From a virus (Duplodnaviria; Caudoviricetes), in the IMG/VR virus record IMGVR_UViG_3300048892_000056, positions 1-30,128 of that record: a DNA stretch of 30,128 nt; one strand, written 5' to 3'. Positions within the stretch are counted from its first letter, which is position 1; each line of letters opens with the position of its first letter. The position numbers and the translations under genes were made by a program. The notes beneath the pieces were generated by a model, which did no database searches, was not told the DNA's origin, and saw nothing but the letters and a program-made list of their open reading frames with translations. Below, in pieces: positions 17,053 through 24,528 of the stretch.

Positions 17053-17421
17053 TTATCGTGTACCAGGCTCTTTGTTGTTTGGCGCCCGAGCTGTACCGCC
17101 CGCTCGCGCGGTTGATCGTGGGCGCCGCCGCTTCGCGTACGCTTCCACCAAGTCGATCACGTCCTCTTGTCGCTGGACGGGCAATCGACGCCACGCACGG
17201 AGCAGACGGTGTTCTGCCTCGGTCAACTGGATCGCGTCCACGCCGATCAAGATCGCGGCGATCCTGATGACGTCGTCGATCGTGGCGTGGCCCGCGCCGT
17301 TGATGTACTTGTTGACCCACCCCTGACTGCGACCTAAGCGCTTCGCCAATTCGACCTGACGGGGCGCGAGCTTGCGCAGTCGCTCGCGGATTTCTGTGTC
17401 CACCGGGTGCTGTACGGCCAT
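17053..17421 (-). CDS. XRE-family HTH immunity repressor (cI-like)
   Basis: QVELAKRLGRSQGWVNKYING HTH, LT..E..LL..WR.L C-terminal motif; divergent from a cro-like gene; start uncertain (17421 or 17472). Confidence 0.85.
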   Translation of the reverse strand: MAVQHPVDTEIRERLRKLAPRQVELAKRLGRSQGWVNKYINGAGHATIDDVIRIAAILIGVDAIQLTEAEHRLLRAWRRLPVQRQEDVIDLVEAYAKRRRPRSTARAGGTARAPNNKEPGTR

Positions 17422-17481
17422 CCGTTTCCGATCGTATGGCGAACTCCTCAGCCGGTACCGACGCTTTTCCATTTGGATATT

Positions 17482-17515
17482 TTATTCCATTGCATGGCCC
17501 AACTGAATGGAATAA
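17482..17515. promoter_or_regulatory. Operator-like inverted repeat in the lysis/lysogeny switch
   Basis: TTATTCCATT-N14-AATGGAATAA perfect 10-bp arms in the AT-rich gap between divergent HTH genes. Confidence 0.7.
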
Positions 17516-17527
17516 TGATCGGCCCTT

Positions 17528-17821
17528 ATGGCGAGGATTTCTCAGACGCTCCGGGTGCTCCGCGCCGCCCGGGACCTGACCCAGCATGGGTTAGCAGAAC
17601 GCGCCGGCCTGACCCAAACCCGGTTTTGGCAGATTGAACACGGTGAAGGCGCGCCGCTGCGCCAGACGGAACGGGACGCGATCGCCCGGGTGCTCGAGGT
17701 CCGGCCCTCGGCAATCGATTGGCCGATGATGACGCCGACCCGTCTCCAGGTAGAACGCGCGCGGAAGAAGGTCCGCCGCGACCGCGCGATCGCCGCCGCC
17801 CACCAGACGGAGTCCGTATGA
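17528..17821 (+). CDS. Cro-like XRE HTH regulator
   Basis: LRVLRAARDLTQHGLAERAGLTQTRFWQIEHG. Confidence 0.88.
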   Translation: MARISQTLRVLRAARDLTQHGLAERAGLTQTRFWQIEHGEGAPLRQTERDAIARVLEVRPSAIDWPMMTPTRLQVERARKKVRRDRAIAAAHQTESV

Positions 17822-18120
17822 CGCCGGCGGCCCCCGCGGTGCGGTTTCGCGTCGGGGATCCGCTGCCGGCGGTGCTCGTTCTGCGCGACCTGGCCGAGTT
17901 GCTCGGGCTCGGACACTCGCGGATCTGGGATCTCTACCGCGCGGGGGAATTGGCCCGCTTCGAGCTCCTGCCACGCCTGGGAAACCGGCCGCGGTTCTCG
18001 GGCGCCCGGGTGCAAACGTGGCTCGAGGGCGGCGGCCTCGAGGCGACCGCGGCCGACCCGGTGATGCACTCGCGGTACTTTGCGTCGGCCCGACGTGTCG
18101 AGCGGAAGCGGCCGGCATGA
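17818..18120 (+). CDS. Excisionase-like HTH DNA-binding protein
   Basis: LRDLAELLGLGHSRIWDLYRAGEL...RPRFSGARVQTWL; ATGA-coupled to cro. Confidence 0.65.
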   Translation: MTPAAPAVRFRVGDPLPAVLVLRDLAELLGLGHSRIWDLYRAGELARFELLPRLGNRPRFSGARVQTWLEGGGLEATAADPVMHSRYFASARRVERKRPA

Positions 18121-18269
18121 TCCTCGCCGCCGCGATCCTCGTCATCGTCACCGCGTGCGCCGTCGCGATCGCCAAACACCGGCCCGCCCGGTCGTTCCTC
18201 CCGAGCGCCGTCTCCGAACGCTGGCTCGTCGACACCTTCTACACCTACGGCAAATCCGGCGACCTCTAA
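18117..18269 (+). CDS. Small membrane/exported protein (50 aa)
   Basis: ATGA overlap; MILAAAILVIVTACAVAIA hydrophobic N-terminus. Confidence 0.5.
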   Translation: MILAAAILVIVTACAVAIAKHRPARSFLPSAVSERWLVDTFYTYGKSGDL

Positions 18270-18285
18270 CCCGGGAGCGTGCGCG

Positions 18286-19239
18286 ATGACTCAATCTCTC
18301 GCGATCGTCGATCGGGGCGTCCGCAGTGGCGCCGAGCTCGTCGCCCGCGTCCAACGCGTGCGCGAAGTGATGCGCGACCTGATGGAGGAGGGCGTCCACT
18401 ACGGCAAAGTGCCGGGCACACAGAAACCGTCCCTCTGGAAACCGGGCGCCGAGCTCCTCCTGATGACGTTCCGCATCGGCAACCGCCTCGAGGTCGAGGA
18501 CCTCGCCACGCTCGATGAGATCCGCTACCGCGTGAAAGTGATCGGCGTCCAGCAGGGCACCGAGGAGCTGCTTGGCGAAGGGATCGGCGAGTGCTCAACC
18601 TCCGAGGAGAAATACCGCTGGCGCGCGGCCGTGCACGCCAACGAATGGGAAGCGACGGCGGCCGACCGGCGTCGGCTGAAGTTTCAGCGCGACGGCTCGA
18701 CCGTCGCCCAGGTCCGCACGTCGCCGGCCGACCAGGCGAACACGGTCCTGCTGATGGCGGTCAAGCGCGGCCTCGTCGCGATGACGCGGATCGTCACGGC
18801 GTGTTCGGACATCTTCGATCAGGACGTCGAGGACCTGCCACCGCAGGATGCCGGCACCGGTGCCACCCCGGCCGCGGCGAAGAAGACGGTCGAGCGTGCC
18901 TCCGCCAGGAAAGCGGCTGCGCCGGCTCCGCCCGCGGCCAGTGCGCCACAGATCCAGACCGCCCGCCCCGTGAAAGCCGTGCGCGTGTTCGGGAAGAACA
19001 ACGACAACTTCGCGATCCTGTTCGATGGTGATCCCACCGAATACACGACCAAGGACGCCGCCCTGGCCGCCGAGCTCGAACAGTTCAAAGGCACCGATCA
19101 CCGGATCGCGGTGACCTACGAGCTGCGCGAGTGGAATGGCAAGACCTATCACAACCTCAAGGCGATCGCCGTCGATCCGCCCGCGGCGCCGCCGGCCGCC
19201 ACGGATGCGCCGCTGACGGCGGGCGACATTCCGTTCTAG
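18286..19239 (+). CDS. Putative single-strand annealing / recombination protein with SSB-like C-terminus
   Basis: GVHYGKVPGTQKPSLWKPGAELL and NTVL.MA.KR..V....SDIFDQDVED conserved phage motifs; ends GDIPF; clustered with a nuclease gene. Confidence 0.6.
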   Translation: MTQSLAIVDRGVRSGAELVARVQRVREVMRDLMEEGVHYGKVPGTQKPSLWKPGAELLLMTFRIGNRLEVEDLATLDEIRYRVKVIGVQQGTEELLGEGIGECSTSEEKYRWRAAVHANEWEATAADRRRLKFQRDGSTVAQVRTSPADQANTVLLMAVKRGLVAMTRIVTACSDIFDQDVEDLPPQDAGTGATPAAAKKTVERASARKAAAPAPPAASAPQIQTARPVKAVRVFGKNNDNFAILFDGDPTEYTTKDAALAAELEQFKGTDHRIAVTYELREWNGKTYHNLKAIAVDPPAAPPAATDAPLTAGDIPF

Positions 19240-19251
19240 AGGTGAGGACCG

Positions 19252-19470
19252 ATGGCCGATACGAAGAACATCACCGAGGAGCGCGCCGCGCGCCGGTTTC
19301 ACCAGATGGCCGTGCTCGAGCGGCAACTGGCGATCACGGGCGGCGAGATCGCGCAGTGCAAGGCCCACCTCAAAGAACTCAACGAGACCTACGACGGGCA
19401 GATCAGTCGGCTGCGGGCGGCCGCCAGGAACGAGGGCGAGCTCCCCTTGTTCGACCTCGATGGCGACTGA
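19252..19470 (+). CDS. Hypothetical coiled-coil protein
   Basis: GAGG RBS; 72-aa helical ORF in the early operon. Confidence 0.65.
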   Translation: MADTKNITEERAARRFHQMAVLERQLAITGGEIAQCKAHLKELNETYDGQISRLRAAARNEGELPLFDLDGD

Positions 19471-19485
19471 CCTCTGAGGCCTACC

Positions 19486-19698
19486 GTGTCGCTCCTGCTA
19501 CGCGAGACGCACTACGTCGACTGGGACGCCCCGGGCCGTGTCAAGGTCCGCGCCCTCTGCGGCGTCTACATCCGCCGGCGCGAACACGCCGAGGCGCCGA
19601 CGTGCCCGGTCTGCCGCCAGGCGCTCGAGGCCCGCACCGCGCGCGACACGGCCGCCGGTCGCTGGTGGGACGACTACGAGACGAAGGGGGAGCGATGA
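19486..19698 (+). CDS. Small Cys-containing (Zn-binding-like) protein
   Basis: H...ALCG...PTCPVC; GAGG upstream; stop overlaps next ATG. Confidence 0.6.
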   Translation: MSLLLRETHYVDWDAPGRVKVRALCGVYIRRREHAEAPTCPVCRQALEARTARDTAAGRWWDDYETKGER

Positions 19699-20348
19699 CG
19701 CTGACCTTCGATGAGACCCTCCACCGGTACACCCTCGACGGCGTCGAGGTGCCGAGCGTCACCGGCGTGTTGAAGCGCGCGGGCCTGATCGACTTCTCCG
19801 CGATCCCGATCCATACGCTGGCTGTCGCGCTCGAGCGCGGGCGCGTCGTCCACCAGGCGCTGCACTACTACAACGAGCACGACCTCGATGTCGAGCAGTT
19901 CGCGCGCGACTTCCCGGAGTGGGCCGGATACGTGCGCGGCTGGATCACGTTCTGCGAGCAACGACACTTCGTCCCGATGCTCTCCGAGTACCGCGTGGCG
20001 AGCCGGCGGCATCAATTCGCCGGGACGGCTGATTGTTTCGGCGAGCTGGACGGCCTGGGAGTCTTGGTCGATTTCGCGACGGGCCGGCCGCAGGACGTCT
20101 CGAAAGATTTGCAAACGGCGGCGTATCTCGCGCTCGCCCACGAATCGGCGCTCGAGGATCCGATCCTCGCGGCGTTCCTCGACGCGCATCCGGTCGTGCG
20201 GCGGTACGCGGTGGCGCTGCGGAAGGATGGCGGGTTCACCCTGCACGCGTACGACAACGCGGGCGACTTTCGCACGTTCCTGACGTTGCTCGACGCGCAG
20301 CGCATCGTCGCCGCCCGCCGCGCAGAGCGGGCCGAGGTCGCGGCGTGA
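19695..20348 (+). CDS. PD-(D/E)XK-fold exonuclease-like protein
   Basis: FDE..H.Y..DG..VPSVT, RG..VH, E..V....AGTAD, D-F-A-TG, Q.AAY motifs; GGGGAG RBS. Confidence 0.8.
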   Translation: MTLTFDETLHRYTLDGVEVPSVTGVLKRAGLIDFSAIPIHTLAVALERGRVVHQALHYYNEHDLDVEQFARDFPEWAGYVRGWITFCEQRHFVPMLSEYRVASRRHQFAGTADCFGELDGLGVLVDFATGRPQDVSKDLQTAAYLALAHESALEDPILAAFLDAHPVVRRYAVALRKDGGFTLHAYDNAGDFRTFLTLLDAQRIVAARRAERAEVAA

Positions 20349-21028
20349 AAGCGACCAATTCCGCCCTCGACATCAACCCCGAGCTCGCGCGCGGGATCGG
20401 CGGCGAGCTCGCGGCGACGGTGGAGCAGTTCGCCGACCGTTTGGCGCTCTCAAATGCCGTCGTCGACCGCGCGTCCCTCGAACAAGCCGTCAGTGACCGC
20501 AAGCTCCTCGGCGAACGCGTGAAGGTCGTGCAGGAGTTTTTCCGGCCGTTCAAGAACGCGGCCCATCAACTCCATAAGGCGCTCTGCGACCGGGAGACCG
20601 CCATCCTCGCGCCCATCCTCCGAACCGACGCCGTGAAGCTCAAGGCCATCGCCGCCTACAACGAGGCCGAGACCAAGCGCCGCCGGCTCGAGGAACAACA
20701 GATCGCGGACGAACGGAAGCGTGAGGCCGATGCCGCGGCGCTGCGCGAAGCGGCCGCCCTCGAGCGTCTCGGCGACCACACCCTGGCCGCCGCCGTTGTC
20801 GCGGAAGCGGTCGCGCGGCCGGCGCCCGTGGTGGCCTTGCCCGATATGGTCCGCGAGGTCGCCAACTTCCGACGCACCTGGCATTGGCGCCTGACGACTG
20901 AGGTGCTCGTGCCGCGGGAGTTTCTCTGCGTCGATACGAAAAAGCTCGACAAGTACGCGACGGCGATGCAGGCGTCCGCGAAAGTCGCGGGCGTCGAATT
21001 TTATTCCACCGATACCCCGGTACGGTGA
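20345..21028 (+). CDS. Coiled-coil protein of the recombination module
   Basis: GTGA overlap; long helical region then W.W....LVPREFL.VD.KKL and GVEFY. Confidence 0.65.
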   Translation: MKATNSALDINPELARGIGGELAATVEQFADRLALSNAVVDRASLEQAVSDRKLLGERVKVVQEFFRPFKNAAHQLHKALCDRETAILAPILRTDAVKLKAIAAYNEAETKRRRLEEQQIADERKREADAAALREAAALERLGDHTLAAAVVAEAVARPAPVVALPDMVREVANFRRTWHWRLTTEVLVPREFLCVDTKKLDKYATAMQASAKVAGVEFYSTDTPVR

Positions 21029-21048
21029 CGGGTCCCCGTGGAGATGAC

Positions 21049-21168
21049 GTGAGCAAACGACGGACGGTGCTCGACAAGGCCATCAAGGCGATCGACGACA
21101 AGATTGCCGCCCTGCAAGCCGCGCGGGCCGAGCTGCTCGCGCAACAGCACGCCGGGACCAAGCCGTGA
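21049..21168 (+). CDS. 39-aa coiled-coil peptide (below ORF-track cutoff)
   Basis: GGAG RBS, GTG start, MSKRRTVLDKAIKAIDDKIAALQAARAELL...; stop overlaps next GTG. Confidence 0.55.
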   Translation: MSKRRTVLDKAIKAIDDKIAALQAARAELLAQQHAGTKP

Positions 21169-21422
21169 CGCGCGGCGGGATCGAGATTTTCGCCGACACG
21201 CGCTGGACGTCGCAGTGTCGAAGCTGCGGCGCCGCCATCGAGTGGGCCACCGTGGTGGCGAGTAGCCGGCCGCTGCCGTTCAACGCGCCGATCGTCCTGC
21301 TGCCGGACGAGCCTGCGCTGTTCGAGCTGGCGCGGGAAGTCCAACGCGTCGACCTGGCGCAGTCCCCGTCGCATTTTTCGACGTGTCCCCAGGCGGATGC
21401 CTGGCGACGACGGGAGGCGTAG
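21165..21422 (+). CDS. Small Zn-binding phage protein
   Basis: CRSCGAAIEW...SHFSTCPQA..WR motif. Confidence 0.7.
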   Translation: MTRGGIEIFADTRWTSQCRSCGAAIEWATVVASSRPLPFNAPIVLLPDEPALFELAREVQRVDLAQSPSHFSTCPQADAWRRREA

Positions 21423-21425
21423 GGC

Positions 21426-21776
21426 ATGTGGACCCGCCTCGATGACGCGTTGCTTGACCATCGGAAGCTACTCGAAGCGGCGCGCCTCCTCGGCAAAGAC
21501 GGCCGCGCGAAGGCCCTGGGGTTCTACACGGCGTCGTTGCTCTATAGCTCGAAGCACCTCACGGACGGCAAATTGTCGAAGGCGGTCATCGAGGATTTAC
21601 ACATCTCCGGCCAGGGGATTCGGGCCTTGGTCACGGTTGGCCTATGGCGAAGGGTTGGCAAAACGTACGTCATCCACGACTACCTCGAATACAACACGCC
21701 GGCCGCCGACGTGCGGGAACGACGAAAAAAGGATGCGGCGCGCAAGCGAAAAACAAACGGGAATGGGGCTAGATAG
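21426..21776 (+). CDS. Replication initiator-like N-terminal domain
   Basis: GGAGG RBS; W.RLDD...DH.K, TDG, LV.VGLW, Y.IHDY.EYN followed by a basic helix. Confidence 0.7.
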   Translation: MWTRLDDALLDHRKLLEAARLLGKDGRAKALGFYTASLLYSSKHLTDGKLSKAVIEDLHISGQGIRALVTVGLWRRVGKTYVIHDYLEYNTPAADVRERRKKDAARKRKTNGNGAR

Positions 21777-21778
21777 TG

Positions 21779-21894
21779 CGAAATCCAGACGGACTCCGAG
21801 CGGACTCCCGCAGGAATCCGCGCGCCGTCCACGCGGAGGATCTCGCCGTGCGGCGGCCCTCCGATCCGTACCCGTACCTTCCCAGTACGTACGA
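21779..21894. repeat. Putative replication origin iterons
   Basis: CGAAATCC, CGGACTCC, CGGACTCC, AGGAATCC, CGCCGTCC at 21779/21790/21801/21812/21823 (11-bp period); GTAC-rich tract to 21894. Confidence 0.55.
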
Positions 21895-21956
21895 GCGCGC
21901 AGAGGGCGCGCTTACAGCGCGACCCGTCGCGCGCGGAGATCGTACGAGAGACAGCG

Positions 21957-22520
21957 GTGCTCGATAGCGACTTCGGCCCCTTCGAGACCGCTTTCAAGCG
22001 GCTCTCAGGCGCCTTGAATCGGAAGTGGAGCATGGTGGAATTTCAAACCGCAGTGCACGTGTATTTCGACACCTTGAAGCACATCGAGCTCGAGGACGTC
22101 CTGGCTGCCGAGGTGATCTTGCGGTCCCGGCCGCGGTGGCCGAAGGTCGGCGACTGGCTCGCCGCGGTGCCGGCGCGGACCGTCGTCACCGGCGAGCGCG
22201 TCATGCGCGGCCCCGAGGCCGCCGAGTATCTCCGCGCCCATCGCCTGCACTGGCACGACGCGCCCTGCGGCTGTCCGGCCTGTTTCCAGGCCGGCGTCAC
22301 CGACCGGTCGCTGCGATTCGTGCCCGAGTTTCTCGCAGACGACACCGAGGCCCGCGCGTACCATCCGACCCTCTGCCGCGTCGTCACGACCGGGCACTGG
22401 GCGCACGGCGACGAGCTCCGGCGCTGGTATGTGGCGAAGGCCGCCTGTTTCGCCGCGGTGCCGCCGCGGTTTCATCGCGTCCTGCAGCTCGTGGCGCGCG
22501 AGGTCGGGGAGGAAGGGTGA
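21957..22520 (+). CDS. Replication-associated protein (helicase loader/inhibitor-like N-terminus, CxCxxC)
   Basis: YF..L....LEDV.AA....WPKV.DW pattern; position after the initiator; CGCPAC. Confidence 0.5.
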   Translation: MLDSDFGPFETAFKRLSGALNRKWSMVEFQTAVHVYFDTLKHIELEDVLAAEVILRSRPRWPKVGDWLAAVPARTVVTGERVMRGPEAAEYLRAHRLHWHDAPCGCPACFQAGVTDRSLRFVPEFLADDTEARAYHPTLCRVVTTGHWAHGDELRRWYVAKAACFAAVPPRFHRVLQLVAREVGEEG

Positions 22521-22635
22521 TCCGGCGGCGCGCGAGTCTCCATCCGCTCGTCATGGGCGACACGCTCTGGCGGACCGAGCTCTCCTTCGGCATCGTGTGG
22601 ATCGTGTGCGCCCTCGGTGGGCGCCGGCGGCGGCG

Positions 22636-22875
22636 ATGCTGAGCGTGCACGAGGCACGCATCCGGGCGTGCGCCATCTGGGGATCCGAGCGCCTCATCGC
22701 TCTCGCGCCTCGCGCGGATGGCGGCGTCGATGTCGAAGTCGTCCCGGCCACGCGCTGGACGACCGATGGCGACGGGCTCGGCATCGGCGAGTGGGGCTAC
22801 GCGTACCACCAACTCAACGATCAGGGTGAGCCGGTGTGCCATGCGGCCTGTCAACCGGACCCACGGGACCGATGA
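22636..22875 (+). CDS. Hypothetical protein
   Basis: 79-aa ORF whose stop overlaps the next ATG (ATGA). Confidence 0.5.
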   Translation: MLSVHEARIRACAIWGSERLIALAPRADGGVDVEVVPATRWTTDGDGLGIGEWGYAYHQLNDQGEPVCHAACQPDPRDR

Positions 22876-23102
22876 CCAGCGTCCACGACAAGATCCGCGT
22901 GAAGGGTGGACCGAAGCAGTTCAAGTCCGGGCGGCCAGGCCTCACCGGATCCGCCCGCTTGCAGCGGCGCGTCCACAGTCTGCTGGTGGCCGCCGCCAGG
23001 CTCGCGCGGAAGGGCCCGCCGACGGACGAGACGGCCTACGCCGGGCGTCTGGTCGCCGTCCTGCAACTCTTTGTCACGGGAGGGCCCGATGTTCGCGCGT
23101 GA
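22872..23102 (+). CDS. Hypothetical basic protein
   Basis: ATGA-coupled 76-aa ORF. Confidence 0.5.
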   Translation: MTSVHDKIRVKGGPKQFKSGRPGLTGSARLQRRVHSLLVAAARLARKGPPTDETAYAGRLVAVLQLFVTGGPDVRA

Positions 23103-23685
23103 AAGGCCCATGCGGGCCCCCGGATCCCCAAAAACACCGCGGCCCGAGACGCTATGGTGCGCGAACAGCCGCCAAAACGGGAGCAATCGCTGGTCATATC
23201 CGCCAACCGTCGAGAAGATGCTTCGGCAGATCACGGCGGGCCGGTCCGTGCTTCAGCTTTTTGGCGGAATGGCGCGCTGGGGCACGACGTTGGACATCGA
23301 CGCGACGACGAGGCCTCGAGTGCGGGGCGATGCGTGGATGCCGCCATTTGCCCGGAACAGTTTCGACGTGGTCATCTTGGATCCACCCTACACGGGCATC
23401 AATCAGCAGATGAAACAGGCCTTAATTCGTGGCGCCGCGTTCGTCGCGCGTGAGCATGTCTACTGGTTCCATACAAACTGGGTCGCGCCGGATAGTGGGA
23501 TGCGGCGCGAGCGGTCCTGGCTGGTCCGTGTCGGTGATAGTTGCGCCTGTCGCTGTCTGATTGAATGGCGCGTCGTCGCGCGCGAGAAGCCGATCCCGAT
23601 CCTGCACTTCACCCGAGGTCCTGCGCTGAAGTATCGACGCTGGCTCGCGGGCGAGATGGGTTTGCCCTATGGCGAGGCGGACTGA
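23089..23685 (+). CDS. Small amino-methyltransferase (probable DNA N6-adenine/N4-cytosine MTase)
   Basis: GGAGG RBS; motif I VLQLFGG and motif IV FDVVILDPPY. Confidence 0.75.
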   Translation: MFARERPMRAPGSPKTPRPETLWCANSRQNGSNRWSYPPTVEKMLRQITAGRSVLQLFGGMARWGTTLDIDATTRPRVRGDAWMPPFARNSFDVVILDPPYTGINQQMKQALIRGAAFVAREHVYWFHTNWVAPDSGMRRERSWLVRVGDSCACRCLIEWRVVAREKPIPILHFTRGPALKYRRWLAGEMGLPYGEAD

Positions 23686-24113
23686 TGTTCGCGCGGGAAA
23701 CCCGTGTCCCGGTGCAGCAATCGCAGATCGAGATCCAGCGGTTGCTCGACAAAGCCAAGGCCAAGCAATACGGCATCGCGACCGACTACGACCTACAGAC
23801 GGCGCGCGTGCAGTTCCGGCTGCACGACCGCGTGATCCGCTTTACGATCGCGCTCCCGGACGCGGCCAAGTTCCGCGGCGAGCGGTTCGCCAAAGCCGAG
23901 CGGCAGAAGTGGCGGGCGCTGCTGCTGGTCATCAAGGCTAAGCTCGAATCCGTCGAGAGCCAGATCGAAACGTTTGAGGAAGCGTTCCTCGCGAACATCG
24001 TGATGCCGAATGACCAAACGGTCTCGGACATCGTGAAACCGCAAATCGCTGAATCCTACAAAACCGGGAAGATGCCCAAGGCCTTGAATCCGGCACCCGC
24101 GGAGAGCCACTGA
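23685..24113 (+). CDS. Conserved phage hypothetical protein
   Basis: T.VP...S..EI..LL and WRALLLVIKAKLE.VE..I.TFEEAFLA.IV.P motifs; TGATG overlap. Confidence 0.75.
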   Translation: MFARETRVPVQQSQIEIQRLLDKAKAKQYGIATDYDLQTARVQFRLHDRVIRFTIALPDAAKFRGERFAKAERQKWRALLLVIKAKLESVESQIETFEEAFLANIVMPNDQTVSDIVKPQIAESYKTGKMPKALNPAPAESH

Positions 24114-24427
24114 TGCCGATGGCACCCCCGCGTGCCTGCGCGACGTGCGGCCGGCCAGGTTGTACGCAGCATTGGCGTCCGGCGTGGCACCATCCCCAGC
24201 CGGTGTCCCGTCTGCGAGGCCGACAGTTGCAACAGGTGCGGGCGCGGCTGTTCCGTGCGCAACCGATGTGCGTGCGCTGCCACGTCGAGGTCGCCACGAT
24301 TCGGGATCACATCATCCCGCTCTGCGATGGTGGGCTCGACGTCGAGACGAACACGCAAGCATTGTGTGCGACGTGTCACGACGCGAAAACCGAAGCGGAA
24401 TCGAAACGGCATCATGTTCGCCGGTGA
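24113..24427 (+). CDS. HNH endonuclease (packaging-associated, HK97 gp74-like)
   Basis: C..C...DHIIPL..GG....N.QALC..CH..KT; immediately upstream of terminase. Confidence 0.9.
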   Translation: MPMAPPRACATCGRPGCTQHWRPAWHHPQPVSRLRGRQLQQVRARLFRAQPMCVRCHVEVATIRDHIIPLCDGGLDVETNTQALCATCHDAKTEAESKRHHVRR

Positions 24428-24528
24428 TCCGACGGACCGGCCAGAATCGCCGAGACCCGGGGGGGCCTGGAATGTTCGTAACTCATTGTCTGGAAACCGG
24501 CCCGGAGGCAAATTTTCACGCAGGATCA

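Noticed and set aside
21725-21731. A AAA AAG slippery heptamer in the replication gene
   Set aside because: In phase, but the -1 frame stops at TAG 21770-21772, so it cannot join the downstream ORFs
21774-21776. Genome-wide amber recoding
   Set aside because: TAG acts as a normal stop at 3977, 10294, 19239 and 21422, and no suppressor tRNA is seen
22517-22642. 41-aa ORF with GGAGG upstream
   Set aside because: Plausible as a coupled small gene but no supporting motif, so left unannotated
24145-24528. 746-aa terminase starting at 24145
   Set aside because: That extension overlaps the HNH gene and has no motifs; ATG 24529 has an RBS
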